Below, piece by piece: positions 14,507 to 27,063 of a stretch of 64,000 bases of DNA. Position 1 is the stretch's first letter. Each line of letters begins with the position of its first letter. The notes beneath the pieces are model-generated. The model was given only the letters and a program-made list of their open reading frames with translations. It did not search any database and was not told the DNA's origin. The stretch comes from Mizuhopecten yessoensis (Eukaryota), in the NCBI RefSeq assembly GCF_002113885.1, contig NW_018408535.1, positions 46,691-110,690 of the forward strand, read 5' to 3'. The translations under genes and the position numbers were made by a program.

Positions 14507-14724
14507 CATCAAACTGTAACAAAATATACTGCAGTGATTCACATACCAGTCATCAAACTGTAACAAAATATACCGCAGTGATTCACATACCAGTAATCAA
14601 ACTGTAACAATTATACTGCAGTGATTCACATACCAGTCATCAAACTGTAACAAATTATACTGCAGTGATCCACATACCAGTCATCAAACTGTAACAAAAT
14701 ATACTGCAGTGATTCACATACCAG
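14507..14724. repeat. 44-bp tandem repeat, 5 copies (gene A intron 1)
   Basis: CATCAAACTGTAACAAAATATACTGCAGTGATTCACATACCAGT. Confidence 0.92.
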
Positions 14725-15231
14725 ACGAAAATGTTCACAGCGTCAACATACAGTGACAAAATAATAACACAGTATTATCTTGGAGTTACATGTAAATAAC
14801 GCTCTCATATATATTTAAATATCAAAGAATTACAGTCCAAGGTTTATCATTGAACATTCAGTAACAGGCAAAATGTTCAGTATATATTTCAAATCTGGTG
14901 TTCATTTTCAAAACATGAATTGCCCCCTGGCAATTACATTGCATCGTTCTGAGCAGAAATGCAAAGCGTTGCAATACATTAAAAGCAGGATTTTAATCTG
15001 TAAATGTATACTCATGGTTTAACTGACACAGATGTATGCAAGAAGCGTTATGGGTGATATCACATACACCGTAGTAATTTTCTGTTAAATAATTTCAAAG
15101 ATACCACTAAAACACGGGATTATTATAACAGCAAGTGTTAAAACAATATTCTTGATTTGAAACAAGAGAAAACTGGTACATGTATTAACAAATGGTAAAA
15201 AATATATAAAAGCATTATGCTATTGTATTAC

Positions 15232-15457
15232 CTGTTGATTCAGATGGATGCCAGCAACTTGAATAACCATTTTCTAAATCACAGATAGTCCACAGTCCTT
15301 GCACGTAGCTGTGGGACAATTGTGTCGTATTCACGGTGATGTACTCATATACATCAATCCATTGCCAAAATGGCAGTGACACCGCAATCACCTGTATCAG
15401 CAGTGCAGTAATGGTCACAGTTAGTGCTGCCCACTCACAGAGTCTCTGCTGTTCCAT
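15232..15457 (-). CDS. Gene A exon 1: claudin/PMP22/EMP superfamily protein; join(15457-15232,13111-12968,12552-11066) = 618 aa
   Basis: ATG, TM1, then the claudin ECL1 signature W...GLW-x2-C-x8-C (PFW...QGLWTICDLENGYSSCW); CAG|GTAATA donor, phase 1. Confidence 0.9.
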
Positions 15458-16109
15458 TGTTCGGTGTTTTCTTATACTTTAGTTACAAATTTGTTATATA
15501 TTCTTTGCTACCTTATCAGTGTGTCCTATGTGGGGCTGTCAGCTCTACTGCAATGCCAGCTGAGAACTGTTCCTCCTCAAGACCTATCTGTTAACGGCTT
15601 TTAACCTTGAATTATGTTAAATGACGCATATTGATAGGTGTTTGTCTCGATATATTTAACAGCCTCTCTCAAATGGCTACACTGACAAATTATTGATGAG
15701 TTCACGATACCGCGATAATCACCGTGTATTAAATTAAAAAGATATCGATTTCAAGACACTTCATTCCAACAGTTGCATGTACTAATCTGTAAAAAGATAT
15801 TTGAGTTCTATACACAGAAAAGTGTGCGCCTGTTGTCACGAATAGGACTTTGTATTAAATTATCTTATTGGCGCCCCTTTATAGATAGATAACCCTGTTG
15901 ATCCTCACAGAAGTTATTGCCCTGCATCTTATTTAGAGAGTGGCAATATAAGGCTTTGTAATTCTATGTTCGAATTTTGGTGATACTGGACTTTTTTATT
16001 ATTCGTTTTTGTTTTCATTTTGTCAATTTTCTGTCTGCGTTTTAAATGATATATATGTATGCCGTAGGTATAGGTTAAGTAAAATGGTAAAACGCTTACC
16101 CTTTCGGAT

Positions 16110-16480
16110 CTTATGCACCCTGCAGGTCAGTGATCGAGAAAAAATACACCTGCTGTTACGTATACCCACTGCATGTATCATAAGAGGCCACTAATGTTGG
16201 AACCCCTTGCAGAATTAGGGTTTTGGTTTTGCGCCCTCAATTTGGGGACATAAAAGCGACCAAAATAAATCTGCTGCACTCTTTTAATATTTATTGTCTG
16301 TTTACTTCCTACTACCTTATTAGGTGATTTCCTAACGCCTTACTTGACAGCACCTCACTTTTGGCTTTACTGTTCAGGGTTCGCCCAGGTGGGAAAGGCA
16401 TTGGGTAGTGCCCCCATGCCGAGACATAACAAAGTCCTTGGACGTGGTGGTTGCTATTTCAAGCTTAACGTTCAGCAACG
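16110..16480. mobile_element. Degenerate SINE remnants (Deu/Nin-like domain on minus strand, Meta-like fragment on plus)
   Basis: Reverse complement TTAGTGGCCTCTTATGATACATGCA resembles the Nin/Deu core; GCCGAGACATAACAAAGTC...GCTTAACGTTCAGCA resembles the Meta domain. Recognised from memory, not searched. Confidence 0.35.
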
Positions 16481-19400
16481 CTAAACGAAAAAAACAAAAG
16501 CTAAACCTTTCGGAACATTAATGGTCTTATACACTGTATCGTCGATCTGATAAAACTTCACCATATATCAGCCCTAAGTTACAGCCACCATACAGTAGTA
16601 ACACTGTATCGTCGATCTGATAAAACCTCACCATATATCAGCCCTAAGCACACACATTTAATGCCCAAGTTAATTATAGTTTACTTTAACCATCGTCAAA
16701 TAAACTACAACATATTTTCACAAATTATTTTGTCCATATCATCCTTATTTATTACACCGATTACAATTGCACCGTAACAATCGTATATAGGTTTTTATCT
16801 AAGAAAGAAATAACAAAAATCGAAAGAATCGGAAACGAGTACCTAACATCATTCAAGAGGTCATTGGAATCACTAGAAAGCGCTATTCGTTGTTATCAAT
16901 ACTTGTTCTATATAGAATATCTCCTGCTTAGTGCGTCTTTTTTATACATATGGAAGATGTGTATAAAGCGGTACTGATAGCCTGTATTAATAGAAAAAAA
17001 ATGTAGTTTGATTTCTGATACGGGAATATCAATTTTTATTACAGCTTGGATGTCTTTTGTTTTCGCATCTTCGTTTCAGTTTTTTAATTCGAACTGGAGC
17101 TTCTGCTAGCAAGAAAAGACACACGAAGAATGAATCTTGGATCAACTATTTAGTCGACAACAAAATGAATTGGTGGAGGAATATTTCATAAGGCGTATAA
17201 GGTGTTATTATTCTCTTTCCAATCTAATTCTATTTCCTTCTAAAGACTCAAGAGCGTGACAAAAAAAAACCAAGGAAAGATCAGAAACGATGCACCAAAC
17301 ATTCTGTTTTTACGTTTTGTTATTGATATAAATCTTTGCATTTCTTTTATCCGCGATTAAAACTCACTACATTTTCTTCTTTTTCGGGTTTATAAATTGG
17401 CGTTAGCTACAGTATGATATTATGATGTTAAATCACGTTGTGTCATTAACGTACAGCATGACATCAATAGCCATATCTCGGTTATAGTCCACGTGATTTA
17501 CCTGTAGTATTACAGTGACGTTTCACGTGCTGTATTAATGAAATTATATAAAGTGGACAATTAAGTGATGAAGAGACGTCTTACAGAATATATAATTCCC
17601 GTGACCCGGTTCCTACTGGACTGACATAAATACATCGGTTGCATTTTCTTAGGTGTATTTGAGTTCAAAGTAAATAAAAAGATGAAAACATGACCCTAGG
17701 TAGCTGACGTCGGGTTTTTCTGTTGTACCCAACACCGTTATAATACACCAGTTTGTATCTACAATATTAATGGTCTCACCAGTATCTAGCTCTATGATAT
17801 TCACCTGCAGTATGACAATAACGGTCTTATTACTAAAGAAACATTTAATTTACATACCATATGACAATAATGGTCTCATCACTAGTAAACTGTGAAACAA
17901 CCCTAAATTTTAAGACCGTTGATTTTCTTTTTTCAGTAGTACTGTGTAACAGAACATTTTTCTTTCCAATAGGTTGACCATGTCAGCAATTTAAAATCAA
18001 ACGCTGTTAAACCTTTTCTGATTACTTATGGTTTTTTCTTTGTCAATCCTGTTGGGTTCTCCGAAAACCGATTGCTTTTGTCAGTAAAGATTTTGTACAT
18101 ATCAGAATCCATGCATTTTCTTTTGTAAAAAGATGCTGGCTCGTTAAAATTTCAGAAATGTCAATTAACACCTCATTTGCCTTGAATTAACCTTAGTCGC
18201 GTTATTTTCCGGTTTTTTTTCCTTCTAATTTGGTTTATTTATAAAATTCGTTTATTTTGCTGAAAGATCAATTAATCATATACTTTCTTTTTATTCAGAA
18301 CTCTTGTATATTAGCTTCCCGTTGAGTAAATTTTACAAACACTTACTATATCAAATCTTCATTTATTTTACCAATTCCTTTTCGTCTTCAATATCGTACA
18401 CCTCAATTTTTTCCGTTTTTGTTGATTATTGACGATGCTGTAGATGGCGGAATGTCCAGAATGCCAGGGCTATTACAATTCTGTTGTAATTTGTTCTAAT
18501 TTGTTTACTAAGAAAACGAAATAATTAATTCTCTTATGCATTGATTTCTCCTATAATCTTAAATACTTAACATTGATATTAGCACATGTCAGTAACAGAC
18601 TGTCGCAATACACACACGGCTACATGTGTCACGTGCATAGCTGTGTATCGCGTGACGTAAAAATAATTATTGAAACTCCCTTTCACATATTATTTCTCTG
18701 TTTTATGGCATGCAAAAGTTGTCTCACTGCACAAATATGAACATACATCAAGTTTTTCAGTTCACTACAGACAGTGTTTAACCTTACTTACCACCTACAC
18801 TACACAGTCAGGCCATTGCTGTAGTATCTGTCCTATTTCATTGGCGTTGTGGAGCATGTTTTAATTATAGTACGCCCGACCACGTAAACAATGATCCCTA
18901 ACACTAGTTACCAGTATAAATTAAACATTACGTGATCGATTGTAGTCAACACACCTCCAACGTACCGTGACATGTACGTACTGATGCTTAGATCGGCCGA
19001 CAGTAACAGTACGAACAGTGTGAGATAAGATCGCAATTATGTAATTACATGATTATCTTAATGCACTTGACGTTAACTATATGATAGCAGGTGCTACATG
19101 ACAGGTCGATCCTAACCTTCAGGAACATTGTGGTTTTATGTTCAGGTTATAATGTATTTTTCTTTTTTTCTGAAGTCTCCTATTGTCTTTTTGTGTCCCT
19201 TTTAAGTTGAATTAATTACACTGTACTTCATATTGCTGGTAAGAAACATTTTGCGATATACTCAGTAATATATCCTTAACAAGAATCTCTGTTAGTCTGA
19301 GGCCTGTTGGTTCCAACATTATGTTTAATCGTCATCTTTGGTAGACAGATTATTTTTAATCATGACCTCATTAAATAACAATCAACGTCACCATTTTTGC

Positions 19401-19516
19401 TAATTTAATAACTCTACCTTTGTTACATGCAACATAAACAAGAAAACCGAAGTTTCAAAAAACCATACCTTGAACGATTTAGGTGGAGACCCTTGCATGC
19501 AAGGAGAATAAGACCA

Positions 19517-19781
19517 GGGCCTGTATTCATGAAACCGTTCTCGTGCTCAGGCATAGATCTTGTGCTCAAGTCTTATTTCTTGTTGCGGTTATAACTTAAT
19601 AATACAATCTTATTTTGTCAATGAATCGAAAATACTTTGATAAAACTTAAAGCTGAAAACAGTTTTTAATATTTTCATTTGACTATTTGATCGTTTGACA
19701 TGATTTAAGTGAGTTACAAGAATGCTGGGGTGAGCACAAAATCCATGCGTGAGCATGAGAACGGTTTCAAGAATGCGGGCC
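19517..19781. mobile_element. MITE with ~52-bp imperfect TIRs (GGGCC termini, PIF/Harbinger-like)
   Basis: Left GGCCTGTATTCATGAAACCGTTCTCGTGCTCAGGCATAGATCTTGTGCTCA vs reverse complement of right GGCCCGCATTCTTGAAACCGTTCTCATGCTCACGCATGGATTTTGTGCTCA. Confidence 0.8.
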
Positions 19782-20074
19782 ATGTGTTCTGGACGGGTAG
19801 TCAGTCAATATTGTGAAGCAGATAAATAATGGCCTGTCCAACAGACAGGAGAGTTACGTTTTGTTACGATAGGAAATGGTATTACCTATAAAGAAATAAT
19901 TCCCCGTGGTGTTGCTTTCCGATACCGACCGACTAAAGCATTGCCTGTGTGTATGGTCAAATGACATACTCTTAACAGTTCACATTCCTGACATTACCAT
20001 TCGGTTGTCAGCGAATTTCAAACATATGCAAGAAAAAACGGATACACAAGAATGTACGCTTTAAAATTCACAAA

Positions 20075-20080
20075 TTTATT
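20075..20080 (-). promoter_or_regulatory. Candidate poly(A) signal of gene B
   Basis: AATAAA on minus strand ~440 nt after the stop codon. Confidence 0.4.
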
Positions 20081-20521
20081 TGATAAGACAGGAATACGGT
20101 ATATATACATATCACAGCTAGACGTGTATGAAATTATATAAAAACATACTTAGCTACAAAAGCATCTTTCGACATGCTATACTAAATGTATGTACAATGT
20201 ATTGGCCAGGTATAAGTACTCGGCATTTATCATATTTTGGTGATACCCGTCTTTCTATAGAGAGAAAAGCAGAAATAATTGCCCTGGTGTTACCCTGTCC
20301 CCGTCGTTCACCAAGGTCCAGCAGGCAGTCCACATGGGCCAGGAATAAGGAAGTCGACTTTCGACAGGACAACTTCATGGTTCTCCGTGTATCGTTGCTT
20401 CCACAGCAGCTGATGTAAACAGGGTTTCTGACAACACGGACAGGAAAAACAGTACAATTGTATCTACAGCTAGGATAAAACATAAATGATGGTTTCCAGG
20501 TTGTCCTCCATCAAATCCGTT

Positions 20522-20856
20522 TTACTCTAGTAGTTCCTTTGCCTGGCCGTTGTCCGCTTGTGACTGTCTGGATTCTGCCCTTTGTTGCTGACTGTCGTTG
20601 ACAGGTTCAACTTTCGACGATCTTCTAGATGTGCTGGAGTGCATTTCGGTGGCATTATACGCTCTATCATATGTCTCTGCATGTTCCTGATCTACCCAGA
20701 AGGTTTTCTCCCGTCGGCAACTACACATCACAATGAGCAGTATCGCGGGGACTGCAGTTACGATAGCGGCAATCACAGCAAAGGCATATCCGACGTGTAG
20801 ATGATCTGCGTCCGCATTGTGTCCATATACAGACACTCCAATCAGGAGGAAGAACA
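20522..20856 (-). CDS. Gene B exon 3 (end of TM3, TM4, short tail)
   Basis: cttccAG acceptor, phase 1. VFFLLIGVSVYG...HVGYAFAVIAAIVTAVPAILLIVMCSC; GYAF precedes TM4 as is typical of the claudin/PMP22 family. Confidence 0.9.
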
Positions 20857-21518
20857 CTGGAAGTAAACGAATGCTATCAAAACGAACTGGACGATGTGTA
20901 TCGTTCATGGTAGCGAAATAAAGAACATCGAAAATTATAGAGTAAAGATAAATCAAATAGGTCTGGTCCCTCCTGGTAGAAATTAACTATTGAATCTTCA
21001 TATTTTTATTGCATTTGATATCATGAATTTAGCACAAAAATCTTTTGAGAGTAAATGTGTTATTAATAAGAGCGTTTTGTAAGTCTTATTTTGTCCGTTA
21101 TAATGTATATTACAAGAATACATATATAAAAAGGTGGTATGTTGAGTATCCTAGCAAATTTGAACAGATGCGTTTCTCTTTAGTATTTGCATTTGGGTTT
21201 TTTCTGAATGAATACAGTAAACGTACATATTTTAGCGGAAGACCTATTTTATTGCTTTTCGAGTTGTAACTACAGCACTAAACTAATTTTGCGCGTATTG
21301 AAGTTCCTATATATTTTTGTTTTGTTGCAGGTTGCATGTTCTTTTGTGGGTGTGCTGATATAATAAAATCCGCCAATGCGCTGAAATTTAAATGCGCTTA
21401 AATATGTCCGTGTCCAGTATCATCATTTGTAAAACCGATTACCGTGTCTGTTGAAGTATAAACGTACTATAGAGAGGTATTCAAAAGGTAACATGTCCGC
21501 GTGATGTGTTTGACTCAC

Positions 21519-21662
21519 CAATCACGAAGAGTGTGACAATGAAGATCACGTGAACCACGACTTTCCATTGTAACAGTAGAAGGTAGAGGGTAAGCAGAAC
21601 AGCCACAATGAACAGCAACACTAATCCAAACATCTCAAACGTCCTCACCACATTCAGCCAGG
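21519..21662 (-). CDS. Gene B exon 2, 144 nt
   Basis: tttccAG acceptor, G|GTGAGT donor; AWLNVVRTFEMFGLVLLF... Confidence 0.92.
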
Positions 21663-22096
21663 CTGGAAAAGGTATACATATATACAACGATTAACCATAA
21701 ATTAACGCCAATAAATTCGGACATGCTTAGAAATGATATGCACAACAAATATCGTATCGTAACAGCTACCATTTTATTGTTAAAGTGTCGAACCGTTTAC
21801 GATCACTAGCTATCTAGCCCTTGGTCGCAGGTTTGAGGCCTACATAAGGCTTTCCTAGGACGTTAACCACAAAGAAGCCTTACCATTAAACCTTGTATCA
21901 CCATATGCTGAAGCAAAGATATATATAATGTTAACCTACTATGATCATAACGTTCATCCCGACCACATCCAGCCATGGAAGATAAACAACGATTACCTTT
22001 TCATTATTCCAACAATATCCAGCCAGGCTTAACAAAAGATATATAACGATTAATTTGTATTTGTGTTTACTACACCAAGTCATGCTGGATGATTTC

Positions 22097-22250
22097 TATT
22101 AGCACACCTATGGTCATTTAAGGACTAGCTAGGTTTTAGTGGTTGATGACAACAGGAGTACGCGTGGATAAACCACCGACCTGTGGTTAGTACCTGGTAA
22201 CTGCCACTCGAACCCGAGACCAAATGGTGGTAGGCTGTTGATCATAGATG
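22097..22250 (-). mobile_element. Degenerate copy of the tRNA/V-like SINE seen at 3317
   Basis: Reverse complement shares GGGTTCGAG, CCAGGTACT..GTCGGTG and TCCTT-AATGACCATAG with the 3317 element. Confidence 0.7.
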
Positions 22251-22648
22251 CCATATGTGTTAACAACGTGGCTACCCCCCACCCCCCACCCCCAAACCCG
22301 ACAACCGCCCACCACCGACCCCTATTGCTGGATGAACAGCGATCAGCAGTGTATCATCCGTCGCGCATTGTAATAGCATGGTCTTTTTCAATCAATACTT
22401 TGTTGAATATATCTAACTTGTAACTTTATACCTTGGGTACAGTTTGTATATCGTAACACTAAATAGAGATTTTACCACACCATCTGGTCTTAACGGATTG
22501 CTGAACTATTTATGGAGAGCACCGCATAAGTGTGAGTGAAGGTTAAGATCAGTGGTAATTATCACTGAAGACCTCTTTAGTACCAACATATAGATATACC
22601 CCAACTTACAGGTGTATTCATATATCAATACTTAGTTCCATGCCTTAC

Positions 22649-22856
22649 CTGGGATAGTGTTATGCATTCGACATATTGTGCCGCCATCGCCCATCATTGC
22701 ACACATGGAAAACAGTCCATGTAGAATGCCTCCAGGGACAGAGGGCATGTTGTCGTACCATTGCCAATGAGGTAGACACACTGCCAAGAACTGGAGCAGC
22801 AACGCGATGACGGACAGTACAATGGCTGCCCAAACAAACACACTATGTTTCTGCAT
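22649..22856 (-). CDS. Gene B exon 1: claudin/PMP22-like protein; join(22856-22649,21662-21519,20856-20522) = 228 aa
   Basis: MQKHSVFVWAAIVLSVIALLLQFLAVCLPHW...HGLFSMCAMMGDGGTIC (W..GLF..C..C); CAG|GTAAGG donor, phase 1. Confidence 0.9.
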
Positions 22857-24659
22857 TTTTTTTATCCTTTTCAGAAATGTTGTGAAGGAATGAACTAATA
22901 AATATCCGCTTAGATGTGTCCCAACCTTCTGGTGAGATGGCGTGCGTGCCTGGCGCGTTCTTTCTTGGTGTGGGTCACAAGTACCCACTTCAATGTGACA
23001 CAACCGCCTGGCGTAACAATGTTCCCGTCACGTTCTGTTGTTGTTGTTGGGTTACAATGTTGTTAGTGAGAAGAGTTGTCTCCAAAATGCTAACGTCATT
23101 ATCAATACATTATTCATTGATGTTTTGACGCTTTCGTTCTGCATGATGTGACAAAATTTCCGATAACTATATATGATTCTAATTATACTTCAGGACATGC
23201 TAGCTAAAAACTAAGAAAGTGCCGTTGTATTTGTTGAATTTTGTATTGGCGTAATTTTACCGTCTTAAATAATGTAATTTGATAACATTTGCAATCAATA
23301 TAATGAGTTACACTACAGACATATAATTTACCGTTGCATGTACCAGGCTAAACAAACGGAATATTAAATAGCAATCATTTAGAGTCTTTTCCTAATATTT
23401 TCTGATGTTTTCTTAATTCGCCATATTTCATCAAAGATGAACATGATACACACCAACACAAAGATGAGTCAACCTTTACCATATTTTTTTTATAAATAAA
23501 GGATGCCAAAAAGGAAAAACAAACATGTAACATACATGAATTTATGGAGTTGATTCAGACACCTGATAAGGAGATAATTATTTCATATTTATACATTCTA
23601 AGTAGTTAAGCAATAAAGAAGCTCGCACTAGATGCGTCAGCATTGCTAATTCCTATAAATTTATTAGGAAATATTTTGAAACTAAGCAAATTCGAAATTT
23701 GAGTAAAAACCAATCCGTCACGGCTTCTACACAGTACGTGTCAGCAGCAGTGTTTGTTGTGTTACATGTTTATAGAGATAGTGAAGTGGGACAGAACTTA
23801 GTTACGCGCTTTGTTATTACCGGTGCCTTGCTACCGTGTTAGAAACAAAACAAACCACGTTACAAAATAACCTTGAAACGTCAATTATTCAAACTCTGTA
23901 TTCTAGTTTATCGATTAACATAGACAACAATAACATGCAAGCTACGAATGATGTTATCGTACTTTACCAGATACAATTTTTTATAACTTTGAATATGAAA
24001 TTTGGGTACATTACAAACCATGCGAGGCAAAATAAATTCATGGAAGCGGCGGCTTTTGCTTTTAAAGTGTCTCAAACATCACGCAAGAAAGTTAGAGGGA
24101 GATATTTTCTCTATCGCGATAAGATCCCCCAGGGTACATCTTGGAACGTTGAAAGTCATGATACTAACGATCTCTTTATGACCAGCCACGAATGTATGAG
24201 GTTTGCAATTCGCGTATTTGACCACAAATAAAGCAAAAATGTAACCTCGAGGAGCTATCAGCCTAAACAGTGAAATAGTGAATGTAATTTATGGGTTCAT
24301 TCATAGAACAGTTTAGATGTAAGCTTCCTTAAAATAGAAATGTTGAAGTGAGGTTCCCTGAATAAGCAGTTGGGATGTAAGTTTTCCTGCTCGGTTCTTT
24401 GAAAGAACCAGTTGGTTTGTAAAGATAATTGTGTTATATCTGCAGTAGTTAACAGGTACCATCATGTGCGCTGATGAGGGAACTTAATACAAACAATATT
24501 TATATATACACACAAGTGCTCTTGCATTCAAGACACATCCCCGATACACAAGGAAATACTGGGAGATATTTACAACGGTATCCAAGGTTTGAAACAGTTT
24601 TCAACGATATTAAAAGCTGGATATCTCTATGATATTTCGTAAATCTAATTAGACATAAT

Positions 24660-25645
24660 GATATTTAAAACACCCTAGTAACGGGTAAGCAAGCATTATC
24701 GTGTAAACGCTCTAGTAACGGTTAAGTAAACAATCATTGAAATACCCTAGTAACGGGTAAGTAAATAAGCATGTAAATACCCTAGTTACGGGTAGGTAAA
24801 CAATCATTTAAACACCCTAGTAACCGGTTAGTAACAACCATTTAAACACCCTAGTAACCGGTTAGTAACAATCATTTAAACACCCTAGTAACTGGTTAGT
24901 AAACAATCATTTTAACACCCTAGTAACTGGTTAGTAAACAATCATTTAAACACCCTAGAAACCGGTTAGTAACAATCATTTAAACACCCTAGTAACGGTT
25001 AAGGAAACAATCATTGAAAGGAAACAATCATTGAAATACCTTAGTAACGGTTAAGGAAACAATCATTGAAACATCATAGTAACGGGTAAGTAAACAATCA
25101 TTGAAACATGCTAGTAACGGGTAAGTGAACAATCATTGAAACACTCTTGTAACGGGTAAGTAAACAATCATTGAAACATCCTAGTAACGGGTAAGTGAAC
25201 AATCATTGAAACACTCTAGTAACGGGTAAGTAGACAATCATTTAAATACCCTTGTAACGGGTGAGTAAATAATCATTGAAACACCCTAGTAACGGGTAAG
25301 TAAACAATCATTTAAATACCCTAGTAACGGGTAGGTAAACAATCATTTAAACACCCTAGTGACCGGTTAGTAACAATCATTTAAACACCCTAGTAACCGG
25401 TTAGTAACAATCATTGAAACACCCTAGTAACTGGTTAGTAAACAAACATTAAAATACCCTAGTAACTGGTTAGTAAACAATCATTTAAACACCCTAGTAA
25501 CCGGTTAGTAACAATCATTGAAACACCGTAGTAACGATTATGGAAACAATCATTGAAAGGAAACAATCATTGAAACACCCTAGTAACGGGTAAGTAAACA
25601 ATCATTGAAATACCCGAGTAACGGGTAAGGAAACATTATCATTTA
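24660..25645. repeat. ~35-bp minisatellite (AAACAATCATTGAAACACCCTAGTAACGGGTAAGT)
   Basis: Visible periodicity, ~28 diverged copies. Confidence 0.93.
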
Positions 25646-25846
25646 AATGCACTAGTGATGGTTGATTGGCTAATTATTAATCAACCATTGTGATTAAAAC
25701 AATTAAATTTTGTACTCCCACCCTTCTTTGACGAACAGTATTTTCTCTTATAGTTGGTTTGATTGATATTTTTTGTGAGTAACAGTCCACATGCAAGGGA
25801 TTTGATCAAGTCGTCAGATTCCATGTATCTTATGTGACCTCTGCAT

Positions 25847-27063
25847 TTAGTGTTTAGTGCGGAGCTTGGGCGGTCTCATGATTTAGTGTTTGGTGAGGAA
25901 CTTGGGCGGTCTCATGATTTAGTGTTTAGTGAGGAACTTGGGCGGTCTCATGATTTAGCGTTTAGTGAGGAACTTGGGCGGTCTCATGATTTGTGTTTAG
26001 TGAGGAACTTGGGCGGTCTCATGATTTGGTGTTTGGTGAAGAACTTGGGCGGTCTCATGATTTAGTGTTTGGTGAAGAACTTGGGCGGTCTCATGATTTG
26101 TGTTTAGTGCGGAACTTGGGCGGTCTCATGATTTAGTGGTTAGTGCGGAACTTGGGCGGTCTAATGATTTAGTGTTTAGTGAGGAACTTGTGCGGTCTCA
26201 TGATTTGTGTTTAGTGCGGAACTTGGGCGTTCTCATGTTTAAGTGTTTAGTGCGGAACTTGGGCGGTCTAATGATTTAGTGTTTAGTGAGGAACTTAGGC
26301 GGTCTCATGATTTAGTGTTTAGTTAGGAACTCGGGCGGTCTCATGATTTGTGTTTAGTGAGGAACTTGCGCGGTCATGATTTGTGTTTAGTGCGGAACTT
26401 GGGCGGTCTCATGTTTAAGTGTTTAGTGCGGAACTTGGGCGGTCTCATGATTTAGTGTTTAGTGAGGAACTTGCGCGGTCTCATGATTTAGTGTTTAGTG
26501 AGGAACTCGGGCGGTCTCATGATTTACTGTTTAGTGGGGAACTTGGGCGGTCTCATGATTTAATGTTTAGTGAGGAACTTGGGCGGTCTCATGATTTAAT
26601 GTTTAGTGAGGAACTTGGCCGGTCTCATGATTTGTGTTTAGTGAGGAACTTGTGCGGTCTCATGATTTATTGTTGAGAGAGGAACTTGTGCGGTCTCATG
26701 ATTTAGTGTTTAGTGAGGAATTTGGGCGGTCTCATGATTTGTGTTTAGTTAGGAAATTGGGCGGTCTCATGATTTAGTGTTTAGTTAGGAACTTGGGCGG
26801 TCTCATGATTTAGTGGTTAGTGCGGAACTTGGGCGGTCTCATTATCTAGTGTTTAGTGAGGCACTTGGGCGGTCTCATGATTATGTGTTTAGTGAGGAAC
26901 TTGGGCGGTCTCATTATCTAGTGTTTAGTGAGGCACGTGGGCGGTCTCATGATTTAGTGTTTAGTGAGGAACTTGGGCGGTCTCATTATCTAGTGTTTAG
27001 TGAGGCACTTGGGCGGTCTCATTATCTAGTGTTTAGTTAGGCACGTGGGCGGTCTCATGATTT
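25847..27063. repeat. 36-bp minisatellite (TTTAGTGTTTAGTGAGGAACTTGGGCGGTCTCATGA), ~34 copies
   Basis: Visible periodicity; the ELGRSHDLVFS ORFs are repeat read-through. Confidence 0.96.

Noticed and set aside
17950-18500. Possible decayed transposase or recombinase coding remnant
   Set aside because: Too degenerate; no diagnostic motif readable
24660-25645. Plus-strand GGGTAAGT in the 35-bp array as a fifth donor-seeded array
   Set aside because: No supportable plus-strand exon upstream, so not counted
25850-27040. Repetitive ELGRSHDLVFSE ORFs (and similar ORFs at 58-1148, 5050, 29552, 56923)
   Set aside because: Read-through of tandem repeats; frequent frameshifting unit variants
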